The translations under genes were made by a program, and so were the position numbers. The notes beneath the pieces are model-generated. The model worked only from the letters and a program-made list of their open reading frames with translations, made no database searches and was not told where the DNA came from. Positions 22,122 to 31,706 of a stretch of 64,000 nucleotides of DNA are shown here, in pieces. This DNA comes from Thermoplasmata archaeon (GTDB lineage: Archaea; Thermoplasmatota; Thermoplasmata; Thermoplasmatales; ARK-15): assembly GCA_039794005.1 (NCBI GenBank), contig JBAMMA010000020.1, forward strand, positions 9,188 to 73,187, given 5' to 3'. Position 1 is the first letter of the stretch. Each line of letters opens with the position of its first letter.

Positions 22122-22559
22122 ATGTTAAATTATAGAAAATTCACATTGAATGACTTAAGAATTGTCGCAGAAGTAGCTCGAAAGAATTTAACCGAAAGAT
22201 ATTCAGATGAGATCTTTATATCAATTTATAGAAGATGGCCTGAAGGATTCATAGTAGCCGAAGATTTAGGAAATATTGTTGGTTTCATATGCGGTTCAAT
22301 TGAAAATCCATGGACAGCAAGGATTTTGATGCTAGCGGTAGATGAGGGATATAGAAATACCGGTATTGGATCTAAATTATTAGAACTTTTTGAAAATGAA
22401 GCCAGAAAGAAAAATGTCACAAACATAAGATTAGAGGTAAGAATAGATAACAATAATGCAATAAGGTTTTACCAGAAAAGGAAATATATAATTTCAGACA
22501 TTCTACCTAGGTATTATTCAACAGGCGATGATGCCTACGTTATGATAAAAATTTTATAA
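22122..22559 (+). CDS. GNAT N-acetyltransferase (RimI/Ard1-like)
   Basis: LAVDEGYRNTGIGSKLL, LEVRIDN..AIRFY, RYY..GDDAYVM. Confidence 0.9.
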   Translation: MLNYRKFTLNDLRIVAEVARKNLTERYSDEIFISIYRRWPEGFIVAEDLGNIVGFICGSIENPWTARILMLAVDEGYRNTGIGSKLLELFENEARKKNVTNIRLEVRIDNNNAIRFYQKRKYIISDILPRYYSTGDDAYVMIKIL

Positions 22560-22563
22560 AAAT

Positions 22564-23772
22564 TTAGAAAACATTTATTTTATCTTCCAAAATTTCATCT
22601 TGTAATTTTGTTATTGAGGCTAGATTCCTGTCAGCAATTTCCTTAAATGCCCTTTCGTATTTTCTTATATCGACGCCCTCAGCTGGTATTACTTGAATGT
22701 TTGCAACATGCGGATCATCAATCCTTCTTCCTATCTGACTCACTATCCTCACATGAACTTCTTTTATGTCATTTCCAGCCTCTTTGTATATTTCATCAGC
22801 AATTTTAAAGGCCAAAATGTTGTACAATTTCCCTACATGAGTAACAGGATTTTTGCCAGCGGCGGCCTCCATACTCATTGGTCTATATGGGGTTATCAAT
22901 CCATTTACCCTGTTTCCCCTTCCAACAGAACCATCATCCCCATTTTCGAATGATAATCCTGTTACAGTTAAATAGAAGACATTATGCTCAGGAATATCTG
23001 CAGTATTTATATGAATGTTAACCTCTTTATCTGTAAACTTTCTTGAAAAATCCAGTAGCTTTTCTTTTAATTCTTCTTTTACATTCAAGTAATGTGCTTT
23101 GTCTGGAACGTATTTATCCACGAATGCCTGTGCTATCGTTAAATTTATAGTATTTTCCTGCCTCATTCCCATTACCTTTACATCTTCACCTATTTCCTTG
23201 TATCTATCCCTCAAATAACCATTGATGTATCTTTCGGTTTCATATACCAATTTTTCTGTTTCTGAAAATGGTGCAAAGCCGACGCCAAATGATGTATCAT
23301 TAGCTAATAATTTTGATGGATCATATACAGCCCTTAAATCTTGAGATCCCTGCCCTATTTTAACATCTATAACTACATCTTCTTCTATATTTAAATTTCT
23401 AAAATTCTTTTTCAGGTATTCTTTAGCTGCAGAAAGGGCAATAGTCCTGTATGGTATTCTTTCTTCATTTCCGTTGATATTGACTTTTGTAGTCGCTCTT
23501 CCTACTAATAGAATATAAATTGGTTCAAGTATATTCCCTCCTCCAAATTTAGGTGAAGCCTGACCTCCTACAACCTGAGTTTCATCCGTGTTATGGTGCA
23601 ATATCATCCCATAGTGTGATTTATAATATCTGCTCAAGGCTCTACTCACCGATTCAGCAAGACCATCAGCCACACTATCCGGATGACCAATTCCTTTCCT
23701 CTCCACGATCTCTACTTTTCTATCCATTACTGCTAGTGATTGTAAATCTTCAACAACAATATTCCTCTGCAT
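22564..23772 (-). CDS. mat: Archaeal S-adenosylmethionine synthetase
   Basis: [44 protein letters not shown]; true start MQRNIVVE with GGTGA SD. Confidence 0.96.
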   Translation of the reverse strand: MQRNIVVEDLQSLAVMDRKVEIVERKGIGHPDSVADGLAESVSRALSRYYKSHYGMILHHNTDETQVVGGQASPKFGGGNILEPIYILLVGRATTKVNINGNEERIPYRTIALSAAKEYLKKNFRNLNIEEDVVIDVKIGQGSQDLRAVYDPSKLLANDTSFGVGFAPFSETEKLVYETERYINGYLRDRYKEIGEDVKVMGMRQENTINLTIAQAFVDKYVPDKAHYLNVKEELKEKLLDFSRKFTDKEVNIHINTADIPEHNVFYLTVTGLSFENGDDGSVGRGNRVNGLITPYRPMSMEAAAGKNPVTHVGKLYNILAFKIADEIYKEAGNDIKEVHVRIVSQIGRRIDDPHVANIQVIPAEGVDIRKYERAFKEIADRNLASITKLQDEILEDKINVF

Positions 23773-23822
23773 ATTTTTCACCCGGGTAATGTATAACATA
23801 TTAATATTAAATATTTTGTAAT

Positions 23823-23847
23823 ATAATATTACCAGTGGTAATATTAT
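23823..23847. promoter_or_regulatory. Perfect 12-1-12 palindrome ATAATATTACCA-G-TGGTAATATTAT, a candidate operator between divergent mat and RHH genes
   Basis: Read directly from the sequence. Confidence 0.6.
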
Positions 23848-23905
23848 TTTTAATTTATTTTGATTATTAAACAAAAAATATAAATAGAAATGATACATAT
23901 ATAAG

Positions 23906-23916
23906 TTGTCAGACAA
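23906..23916. promoter_or_regulatory. Short palindrome TTGTC-A-GACAA just downstream of the TATA box of the RHH gene
   Basis: Read directly; the position fits an autorepression site. Confidence 0.35.
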
Positions 23917-23937
23917 AATAGAAAAAAGGTGTTATAA

Positions 23938-24255
23938 ATGTCTGATAATGAAAAGGATGAATACAGAATAACGGTAAGACTGGATAAAGATCTTTACATG
24001 GCTTTAAATAAATTGGTCTCAGAAGGAGGGGTAAAAAGTATATCTGAATTAGTGAGAAATGCTTTGATAGAATACATTGAAGAACATTTAAAAACAGAAA
24101 ATAAAAATTACATTATTAAAAAAATAAGGCTAACAAAAATTGAATTAGAAAAAATCAAAGAAATTGTTGAATCTGGTGAGTTTATAGATGAACAAGAAGT
24201 AATCAGGAATGCAATCAGAAAATATCTTGAATCTTTAGATGAAAATAAAAAGTAG
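23938..24255 (+). CDS. Tandem ribbon-helix-helix transcription regulator
   Basis: Two RHH units: RITVRLD...LV..G...SISELVRNAL and KIRLT...IVESGEF....EVIRNAIRKYL. Confidence 0.85.
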   Translation: MSDNEKDEYRITVRLDKDLYMALNKLVSEGGVKSISELVRNALIEYIEEHLKTENKNYIIKKIRLTKIELEKIKEIVESGEFIDEQEVIRNAIRKYLESLDENKK

Positions 24256-24261
24256 TTTGAA

Positions 24262-25314
24262 ATGAACGTTGGAGTTATTGGTGGTGGTTTTTCCGGTTTA
24301 TATTATGGAAATTTGGATAAAGATTCAATAATTTATGAAGAACACCCATATGTGTATTTCAATGAGCATTGTACTGGCTTAGTAACCAAAAATGTTGTTG
24401 AAAGATTGAATCCACAAATTTTAAATGAAATTTATGGAGCCAAGATTTACATAAAAGATATCAATTTAACAATAGAAAAAAAACATCCGGCGGCATTTGT
24501 AATAGATAGAAAAAAACTGGAAAATGATTTATATTTAAAAATAAAAGATAATGTTCTCTTGAACAATAGAATAAAGGAAATAAAGAAAAATAATGGAAAA
24601 TTTATATTAAAAACGGAAAATAATGAATATGTTCATGATAGAATTATAATTTCTGATGGGCCAAATTCAACGTTTAGGAAAATGGTTTATGGCTATAAAT
24701 TTAAATTAATTAATGCGATTCAGGCAGAAATTGATTATAATTATGTTGAAAAGGAATATGTATCAATATTTTTGGATAGTAAATATTCTCAGGGTTTTTT
24801 TGCATGGGCAGTTCCAAGGAAATATGATATGCTGGTGGGATTAGCAACATATGATAAAAATGTGAAAAACAAATTATTTAAATTAATAAATGACAGATTT
24901 GAAAATTCCAAAATTATAAAAATATTTGGAGGATTAATACCCATTGGATATCCTAAGTTGGTGGAAAAGGATCATATATATTTAATTGGAGATGCTGGAT
25001 ATTTCAACAAGGCTACTTCAGGCGGGGGTCTTTATTATGGAATCCTATCAGCCGAAATGGCATATTTAAGTATCAAGAATAATAAAAATTATAACAAATT
25101 GATAGATATCTATAAAAAAGAATTATTTTATGATTATTTAATACATAAATGGTATTCAAAATTAGACGATCAATATAAATATAAGTTTATAAAGAAGATT
25201 AATAAAAAGGATATTATCCAATATATAAATAAAATTGGAGATATTGATAGACCATTTCTGCTTATTAAAAATTTAATTTTCAATCCAAAGGTTTTAACAT
25301 ATTTTATTTTTTAA
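24262..25314 (+). CDS. Geranylgeranyl reductase-family FAD oxidoreductase
   Basis: GGGFSG, CTGL, DR..L, DG..S, FFAWAVP, IGDAG...ATSGGG. Confidence 0.85.
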   Translation: MNVGVIGGGFSGLYYGNLDKDSIIYEEHPYVYFNEHCTGLVTKNVVERLNPQILNEIYGAKIYIKDINLTIEKKHPAAFVIDRKKLENDLYLKIKDNVLLNNRIKEIKKNNGKFILKTENNEYVHDRIIISDGPNSTFRKMVYGYKFKLINAIQAEIDYNYVEKEYVSIFLDSKYSQGFFAWAVPRKYDMLVGLATYDKNVKNKLFKLINDRFENSKIIKIFGGLIPIGYPKLVEKDHIYLIGDAGYFNKATSGGGLYYGILSAEMAYLSIKNNKNYNKLIDIYKKELFYDYLIHKWYSKLDDQYKYKFIKKINKKDIIQYINKIGDIDRPFLLIKNLIFNPKVLTYFIF

Positions 25315-25343
25315 TTTAAAATACATATGATACAAGAGAAAAA

Positions 25344-25380
25344 TTTAAATATGCGTTTAAATCTATTAACATTTAGTTAA
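25344..25380 (+). promoter_or_regulatory. hsp20 promoter: TATA (TTTAAATA) plus TTAAC-N5-GTTAA heat-shock operator (25366-25380)
   Basis: The palindrome resembles the Archaeoglobus HSR1 CTAAC-N5-GTTAG and Pyrococcus Phr sites and sits near the predicted TSS. Confidence 0.7.
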
Positions 25381-25394
25381 AGGGAGGGATAGAG

Positions 25395-25931
25395 ATGGTC
25401 TTTAGAAAAAGGAAGGATAAAGATGATGATTATGATTACTTTGATGACTTTTTCTTCGAGGATTTTGACGAAGAGTTTAGGAAACTGAATGAAAGGATAA
25501 TGAGGATATTTAATGAACTTTCAAAACAAGGTACCAATATAGAAGGTCCTTTTGTATATGGATTTTCAATGAGGATCGGTCCAGATGGTAAACCGATGAT
25601 TAATGAATTCGGTAATCTGCCAGGATTAAAAACAAAGGAATTGGAAAATATTAGGGAACCCTTGGTAGATATCAATGAAGATGAAAATTACTATTATATC
25701 ACTGCTGAAATACCCGGTGTTGAAAAAGATCAGATAAATCTTGAAGTTAATGATAATTCAATGATAATTTCCGTGGACGTGCCAGAAAGAAAATATTATA
25801 AAGAGCTGGAGTTCCCAACACCTGTAAAACCAGACACCGCAAAAGCAACATATCATAACGGAATACTGGATATAAAAATAGAGAAGAAAGAACCAACGAA
25901 GAAGAAAGGTAAAAAAATAAACATTGAATAA
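25395..25931 (+). CDS. hsp20: Archaeal small heat shock protein Hsp20
   Basis: GPFVYGFSMRIGPDGKP.I.EFGN, REPLVD, AEIPGV, ATYHNGILDI. Confidence 0.96.
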   Translation: MVFRKRKDKDDDYDYFDDFFFEDFDEEFRKLNERIMRIFNELSKQGTNIEGPFVYGFSMRIGPDGKPMINEFGNLPGLKTKELENIREPLVDINEDENYYYITAEIPGVEKDQINLEVNDNSMIISVDVPERKYYKELEFPTPVKPDTAKATYHNGILDIKIEKKEPTKKKGKKINIE

Positions 25932-26490
25932 GGCAATGAAATTCGGTAAATTAATCAACACACCAGTTAAAGAGAAAATACTTAGGGAGATAATTTTACA
26001 AAACAATGGAGTATCATCGATATCCAGAAAAGTCGGTGTTTCTGCACCTGCTGTATTCAAAAATCTAAAATTATTTCAAAATTTAAAAGTTATTAAAGAG
26101 GTGAAAAGTGATAACAATTTAAAATCAATTTATAAGATAAATATTCCTTTGTTTGGGATATTTTATTTAAATGATTATTCTTTATATATTAGAGAATTTG
26201 ATAATTTTAATTATGATTCTGGAGAAAAAAATATTTCTTTGAATGATTTAGATAAAATGATATCCAAGGAAATAGAAAATCTATTGTTTTTGCTAAATTT
26301 AAGAAATATTAAGGTCCATAAATTGATGAAAGAAATAAATGAAAAAAATTTAAGTGAATTTGAAAAAAGGATAATACAATTATATTTGTCAGGTGAAGAT
26401 CTGGAAAGGATCTCTAAGGAAATGAAAATTGATATAAATTTTATAAAAGAGTCCGTTGAAAAATTTTTGAAAGATGTTAATGAATTATAA
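25924..26490 (+). CDS. ArsR-like winged HTH regulator (Phr/HSR1-like)
   Basis: VSSISRKVGVSAPAVFKNLKL HTH; overlaps the hsp20 stop. Confidence 0.7.
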   Translation: MNKAMKFGKLINTPVKEKILREIILQNNGVSSISRKVGVSAPAVFKNLKLFQNLKVIKEVKSDNNLKSIYKINIPLFGIFYLNDYSLYIREFDNFNYDSGEKNISLNDLDKMISKEIENLLFLLNLRNIKVHKLMKEINEKNLSEFEKRIIQLYLSGEDLERISKEMKIDINFIKESVEKFLKDVNEL

Positions 26491-26749
26491 GCATTTTAAC
26501 TCCCAATCTGCTCAACAAATTTTCAATATTCAATGCTTTCATATTCATTGAAATTATGGAATTGCTTCTCAAGACAATTATATCAAAATTTTTTAATTGA
26601 TTTTCATCATTTATTGAAATGCAGTTAAATTCAGAATTAAATTTATCGCAATTATTTGATATGATAATAATGTCTTTACTTATTTCTAATGCATAATTTA
26701 ATAAAGGTATATCGAATGATTCAGGCATATATATAGCTATTTTATACAT
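26477..26749 (-). CDS. Small hypothetical protein, possibly a minimal USP-like fold
   Basis: 90 aa; MYKIAIY...ALE start and DIIVL...ENLL...MLIIH end resemble USP. Confidence 0.5.
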   Translation of the reverse strand: MYKIAIYMPESFDIPLLNYALEISKDIIIISNNCDKFNSEFNCISINDENQLKNFDIIVLRSNSIISMNMKALNIENLLSRLGVKMLIIH

Positions 26750-26809
26750 GCCACTCAGCCCGCCCGTCTTTAATCATTTTTCATTCTAGATATTTATCAT
26801 CATCGTGGC
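26750..26809 (-). ncRNA. Box C/D methylation-guide sRNA; D guide complementary to 16S rRNA 1399-1407, target C1402
   Basis: GCCAC-G-ATGATGA(C)-TAAATATCTAGA-ATGA(D')-AAA-ATGATTA(C')-AAGACGGGCGGG-CTGA(D)-GTGGC; 5-bp terminal stem; two 12-nt guides. Confidence 0.9.
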
Positions 26810-26892
26810 AATTGATATATTTGTTTTTATTATTTAATCTTTAATTTTTAAAATAAAAACATTTTTAAACTTTTTCACCATTATTGAAAAAA

Positions 26893-26966
26893 GGGCTCGT
26901 AGCTTAGCTAGGTAGAGCGTTCGGCTCTTAACCGAATGGTCAGGGGTTCAAATCCCCTCGAGCCCG
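26893..26966 (+). tRNA. tRNA-Lys (CTT)
   Basis: Cloverleaf GGGCTCG/CGAGCCC; anticodon arm TTCGG-CTCTTAA-CCGAA; TTCAAAT T-loop; CCA not encoded. Confidence 0.97.
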
Positions 26967-27047
26967 TGCATGTAAATTGAATATTTTAATAAAAAATATT
27001 GATTATTTTAATTTAAAAAATTTTTAAAGATTATATTTTTCATTTAT

Positions 27048-27833
27048 TCATATTTCGTCCAACCTTTTAATGTCTTCATTTTCTAGAGAAAAATCTAAAG
27101 ATCCTAAAATTTCTGACATATGCTCCTTATTTTCAGCTTTAGGGATTGGAAATGTTAATTCCTTGTTAATTAAATAGTTAAGACTTATCTGAATCATCGT
27201 TTTATCATATTTTTTCGCAATTTCATTCAATACATTTATTTCTTTTACCATCCCTCTTTCAATCGGTGTGTATGCCAATATCGATATTTTATTTGATTTT
27301 AATATTTCATCTGTATCGTAATAAAAATCTTTATCTATAACGCTGAATTTTATTTCATCGGCTTGTATATCATAATTTGAAATTTTGATAGCCTTTTCTA
27401 AATCCTTTTTATTGAAATTACTAACACCTATATATCTTGTATAACCTTTTTTTATAACGATTTCGAAATTTTTTATTTGTTCTTCAATTGAAATTTCCCT
27501 ATTTGGCCAATGTATAAGCATTAAATCAACGTAATTCACATTCATTCTTTTTAAAGAATTTAATGCTGCCTTTTCCACTTTTTCCTGTGTATATAATTTA
27601 TCAGGCCAAATTTTCGTAACAATAAACAATCTATTTCTTCCTACCTTTTCAATCAATAATTTCACGAAATCTTCAGTTCCATAAATTTCAGCGGTATCAA
27701 TAATTTCAACACCTGCCTCTATTGCTAATTGAAATGATTCCAATGCCCTTTGATAATTTTTTATATTATATGTGCCAAGACCAAGGGGAAATAAAAATTC
27801 ACCTGTATGGCCAATTTCCTTTTTGTTTATCAT
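27048..27833 (-). CDS. Aldo/keto reductase
   Basis: LGLGT, IDTAEIYG, TK, DLMLIHWP, IGVSNF, AYTP, IPK. Confidence 0.93.
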   Translation of the reverse strand: MINKKEIGHTGEFLFPLGLGTYNIKNYQRALESFQLAIEAGVEIIDTAEIYGTEDFVKLLIEKVGRNRLFIVTKIWPDKLYTQEKVEKAALNSLKRMNVNYVDLMLIHWPNREISIEEQIKNFEIVIKKGYTRYIGVSNFNKKDLEKAIKISNYDIQADEIKFSVIDKDFYYDTDEILKSNKISILAYTPIERGMVKEINVLNEIAKKYDKTMIQISLNYLINKELTFPIPKAENKEHMSEILGSLDFSLENEDIKRLDEI

Positions 27834-27918
27834 ATTTAAAATAATGAAACATCCAGATTAATAATTTTATTTATTTAAACATGAACATTATTATATTTCT
27901 TGTTAATAATCGTTTTAA

Positions 27919-29439
27919 ATGGATATAACTACAGAAAACACTGGTGAAGGCCTACTATACCAATACTTAGCAAACATTATAATTACCATTTCGGGAATGT
28001 TTTTTTACCTCTACACGATTCATTATTTTAACACAGATGTTGTTGGTCTTTTTTCCTTATTACTTGCTATTGCATCCCTCTTTAACATTCTATTTTCATT
28101 GGGTTTTCCTGCTGCCATTTCTCATTTTATTTCTTATAGCATTGGTCGAAGGTATTCTGGTGATATTAAAAAAATTATAAAATATGGAATTTTAATAGGA
28201 TTATCCATTTCCTTAATTTCATTTTTATTTGTCTTCTCATTTTCTGAATACATTTCTAATTTGTTTTTTCACAATGAATATGACCTGTATCTGAAGTTAC
28301 TATCTTTTGATATATTTTTAATGGTTTTAAACAATTTTCTAGTCTCAATACTATTTGGACTGCAAAAATTCAAATATGTTTCCATAGTACAATCATCAGG
28401 CAATTTAATTTCATATTTTTCTGGGTTTATAATTTATCAATTTATTCATATATTATATATAATAATTATTGGATGGATTTTAGGCAATTTCATAATAACC
28501 ATTTTTTCAATAATATTAATAATCATTTATGATAAAAACATCAAAGTTGATAATCAAAACGAATTTAATATAAAAAAGATGTTTGCATATTCAATTCCAA
28601 TTTATGCATCAAACATATTAGGATATGGAGCGACATACGTAGACAGATTTGTTGTCTCTTATTTTTTGAATTTAAGTGATTTTGGTATTTATTCTTTAGC
28701 TATTTTAATGGTCACAGCGTTAGGGTTTTTGCAGGGACCATTAAATAATGTTTTGCTACCAAAATTTTCAAAATTTTTTGGTGAAAATGATTTATACTCT
28801 TTAAAATTATATTCCTCAAAAGCCTTTATCTATATTCTTATAATAAATGTATCATTAACGTTTATATTGGCTGGTTTATCACCCTGGATTATAATTTTTA
28901 TTTCGAATGAAAATTACTTACAAGCGGCAATACCTTTCACCATAATTTCAATAATTATATCCATTTCCTTATCAGGGGGTGTATTATCTGTAGAAATACA
29001 AAGTGTTAGAAGAAATTGGATATTTGTAATATCATCATTAGTTGCAATATTAACAAATGTAACATTATGTTTTGCACTCATTCCTAATTATAAATTGATA
29101 GGTGCAGGCATCGCATTTTCAATTTCTACATTAATATATACGATAATCCTTTTGTTTTATACCTTAAAATTAAATATTTTTAAACTGGATATTACAAATA
29201 TTATAAAAATTTATATTTCAGGATTAATTGTATTTTTAATATTAATTTTTATACAAAAATTTTTATTCTATTCAACAATAAAATTATTTTTGTTAATAAT
29301 TTTTGGTTATTCAATTTACATCCTTTTAATAAGAAGTTTCAGAATTTTGAAAGAGGAAGATTTGGAAATAATAAAATCAATTACACCTAAAAAATTTTAT
29401 AAGATTGTTGAATTTTTTGAAATATTATTGTTTAGCTGA
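27919..29439 (+). CDS. MOP-superfamily oligosaccharide flippase
   Basis: About 14 TMs; YSIP, VDRFVVS.FL...FGIYSLA, LLPKFS. Confidence 0.87.
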   Translation: MDITTENTGEGLLYQYLANIIITISGMFFYLYTIHYFNTDVVGLFSLLLAIASLFNILFSLGFPAAISHFISYSIGRRYSGDIKKIIKYGILIGLSISLISFLFVFSFSEYISNLFFHNEYDLYLKLLSFDIFLMVLNNFLVSILFGLQKFKYVSIVQSSGNLISYFSGFIIYQFIHILYIIIIGWILGNFIITIFSIILIIIYDKNIKVDNQNEFNIKKMFAYSIPIYASNILGYGATYVDRFVVSYFLNLSDFGIYSLAILMVTALGFLQGPLNNVLLPKFSKFFGENDLYSLKLYSSKAFIYILIINVSLTFILAGLSPWIIIFISNENYLQAAIPFTIISIIISISLSGGVLSVEIQSVRRNWIFVISSLVAILTNVTLCFALIPNYKLIGAGIAFSISTLIYTIILLFYTLKLNIFKLDITNIIKIYISGLIVFLILIFIQKFLFYSTIKLFLLIIFGYSIYILLIRSFRILKEEDLEIIKSITPKKFYKIVEFFEILLFS

Positions 29440-30063
29440 TTCATTATTTTTATTATCCTTCTTTGGAAGTTTGTAAATTTTATTTCCAATAAGCGTGTTA
29501 TTTGGAATTAAAACGATTGTGTTGTCATCCTTGGTAATTTCTGTGAACAAAATTCCTATATCTGTCACTATTCCAGTATCGCCTGTCAATGTAACTAGTT
29601 CACCATGCTTCAATGCCTTTGAAAACATTAAAAACAATCCTGCAACGGCTTGGCCAAGGGTATGTTGCGTAGCATAGCCTATGACAATACCTAAAAATCC
29701 GCCAACCGAAACTCCAGCTAGACCTCCACCAACTTCACCAGCAATAACAGTCAAAAGTGCACCCACACCTATTATTAAAAACACATTTCTTATGGGCTTT
29801 GCAACATCATCTGAATATCTTTTATTCATAAATGCATACATAATATTTGCAAAGCTACTTATTAGAAAATATCCAAAAATCAGGGTTAATGTTACATTTA
29901 TGTATATTAAATAGATCTGAAGATCAATGTTGAATCTTGGAAGAAATACATCTACTAACCATACAACCAATGCGGATATGATTATGAAGGCAGAAATCCA
30001 AACTATGAAATCCACAATTGCACCCGTAATGGTTAATCTCTTCAATTTATTTTCATGTGTCAT
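29425..30063 (-). CDS. Small MscS-family mechanosensitive channel
   Basis: GIVIGYATQHTLGQAVAGL, GIVTDIG, IPNN. Confidence 0.88.
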   Translation of the reverse strand: MTHENKLKRLTITGAIVDFIVWISAFIIISALVVWLVDVFLPRFNIDLQIYLIYINVTLTLIFGYFLISSFANIMYAFMNKRYSDDVAKPIRNVFLIIGVGALLTVIAGEVGGGLAGVSVGGFLGIVIGYATQHTLGQAVAGLFLMFSKALKHGELVTLTGDTGIVTDIGILFTEITKDDNTIVLIPNNTLIGNKIYKLPKKDNKNNESAKQ

Positions 30064-30165
30064 AATATTAAATTTTAATTTATTTATTTAAATTTTCTTA
30101 AATTTAAAAACAATTCAAAAAATTAATAAATTTCACATTATTATACATTTTGTAGGGTGGTTTAA

Positions 30166-31299
30166 TTGATTTTGAATGAAGATTATGAACTCGTTAGAAA
30201 ACTTGCTAAAGATTTTTCGGAGAAAGTAATTCAACCAAAAAATAAAATTATAGAAAGTCAAACTATACCGAGGGAAATATATGATGAATTGGCTAAAATA
30301 GGTTTTACGGGTGTCATAATACCTCATGAATACGGAGGCGCCGGATTTGACACTTTAAGCTATGTAATAATTTTGGAAGAATTAGCAAGAGTATCCCCAT
30401 CTGTTTCAGTTGCAATGGATGTCCAAAACGGTCTCGTTGAATATCCAATATTGACATGGGGTTCAGATTATTTGAAGAATAAATATTTACCAAAATTGGC
30501 TAAGGGGGAATGGATAGGCGCATATGCATTAACAGAACCTCAAGCAGGAAGTGATGCTGCAAATGTTCAACTAAAGGCTGAGAAAAAAGGTTCTGAATAT
30601 ATATTAAATGGAAATAAATTTTTCATAACAAATGCAAATCATGCAAATCTTTTCATTGTATTTGGAAGAACGGGATATGGTCAAAAGAGGCATGAAGGTA
30701 TTACTGCATTTATAGTTGAAAGAAATTTTGATGGATTTGAGATAGGTGAAGATTATAAAAAATTGGGTGTCAGAGGTTCAAGTACAGCCGAATTAATATT
30801 TAATAATGTGCATGTTCCAGAGGAAAATGTTCTGGGTGAAATTGGAAAAGGATTCTACATTGCTATGAATACACTAAACATGGGTAGAATAGGCATAGGT
30901 GCACAAGCCCTGGGAATTGCGCAAGCATCTTTAGAAAAGAGCATCGAATATATGAAACAAAGGGAGGCATTTAATAAAAAGTTAGCTGAATTTGAAGGAT
31001 TACAATTCCAATTGGCTGAAATTGCAACAGACGTAGAAGCTGCAAGGTTGTTGGTATATGATGCAGCAATGCGTGCCGATAAAAATTTGCCATTCATAAA
31101 AGAGGCAAGTATGGCTAAATACTTTTCCAGCAAAGTTGCAATGGAGGCATCAAGATTTGCAGTACAAGTACATGGTGGTTATGGATTTATTGAGGATTTT
31201 GATGTAGAAAGGTATTATAGAGATGCAAAAATTACTGAAATATATGAGGGTACAACAGAAATTCAAAAATTGGTCATTGCAAGAGAATTGCTGAAGTGA
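30166..31299 (+). CDS. Short/branched-chain acyl-CoA dehydrogenase
   Basis: [51 protein letters not shown]. Confidence 0.95.
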   Translation: MILNEDYELVRKLAKDFSEKVIQPKNKIIESQTIPREIYDELAKIGFTGVIIPHEYGGAGFDTLSYVIILEELARVSPSVSVAMDVQNGLVEYPILTWGSDYLKNKYLPKLAKGEWIGAYALTEPQAGSDAANVQLKAEKKGSEYILNGNKFFITNANHANLFIVFGRTGYGQKRHEGITAFIVERNFDGFEIGEDYKKLGVRGSSTAELIFNNVHVPEENVLGEIGKGFYIAMNTLNMGRIGIGAQALGIAQASLEKSIEYMKQREAFNKKLAEFEGLQFQLAEIATDVEAARLLVYDAAMRADKNLPFIKEASMAKYFSSKVAMEASRFAVQVHGGYGFIEDFDVERYYRDAKITEIYEGTTEIQKLVIARELLK

Positions 31300-31706
31300 T
31301 TGAAATGAGGAAAATAAGGATTTTAATAGCAAAACCCGGTTTAGATGGACATGACAGAGGGGCAAAGGTATTAGCAAGAGCTTTAATGGAGGAAGGTTTT
31401 GAAGTCATATACACAGGAATTCATCAAACCGCTGAAGACATAGTTAGAACAGCAATTGAAGAAGATGTTGATGTAATCGGGCTAAGCATTTTGTCTGGGG
31501 CACATATGTACCACTTTACTAGGGTTTTGGAGTTGATGAAAAATAATAATTTAAATGATGTTTTGCTTATAGGAGGGGGCATTGTGCCCACAGATGACAA
31601 AGAAAAATTAAAAAGCATGGGAGTTGCAGAGATATTCATGCCCGGAACTCCAATAAAGGAAATTTCAGAATTTATTAGAAAAAATATAAAGAGGCCTCTA
31701 GAATGA
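31296..31706 (+). CDS. Cobalamin-binding small subunit of the acyl-CoA mutase (IcmB-like)
   Basis: [11 protein letters not shown] (DxHxxG), [12 protein letters not shown]. Confidence 0.95.
   Translation: MIEMRKIRILIAKPGLDGHDRGAKVLARALMEEGFEVIYTGIHQTAEDIVRTAIEEDVDVIGLSILSGAHMYHFTRVLELMKNNNLNDVLLIGGGIVPTDDKEKLKSMGVAEIFMPGTPIKEISEFIRKNIKRPLE

Noticed and set aside
26940-30165. Possible integrated island after tRNA-Lys (AKR, flippase, MscS)
   Set aside because: No duplicated tRNA 3' end (att site) or integrase seen
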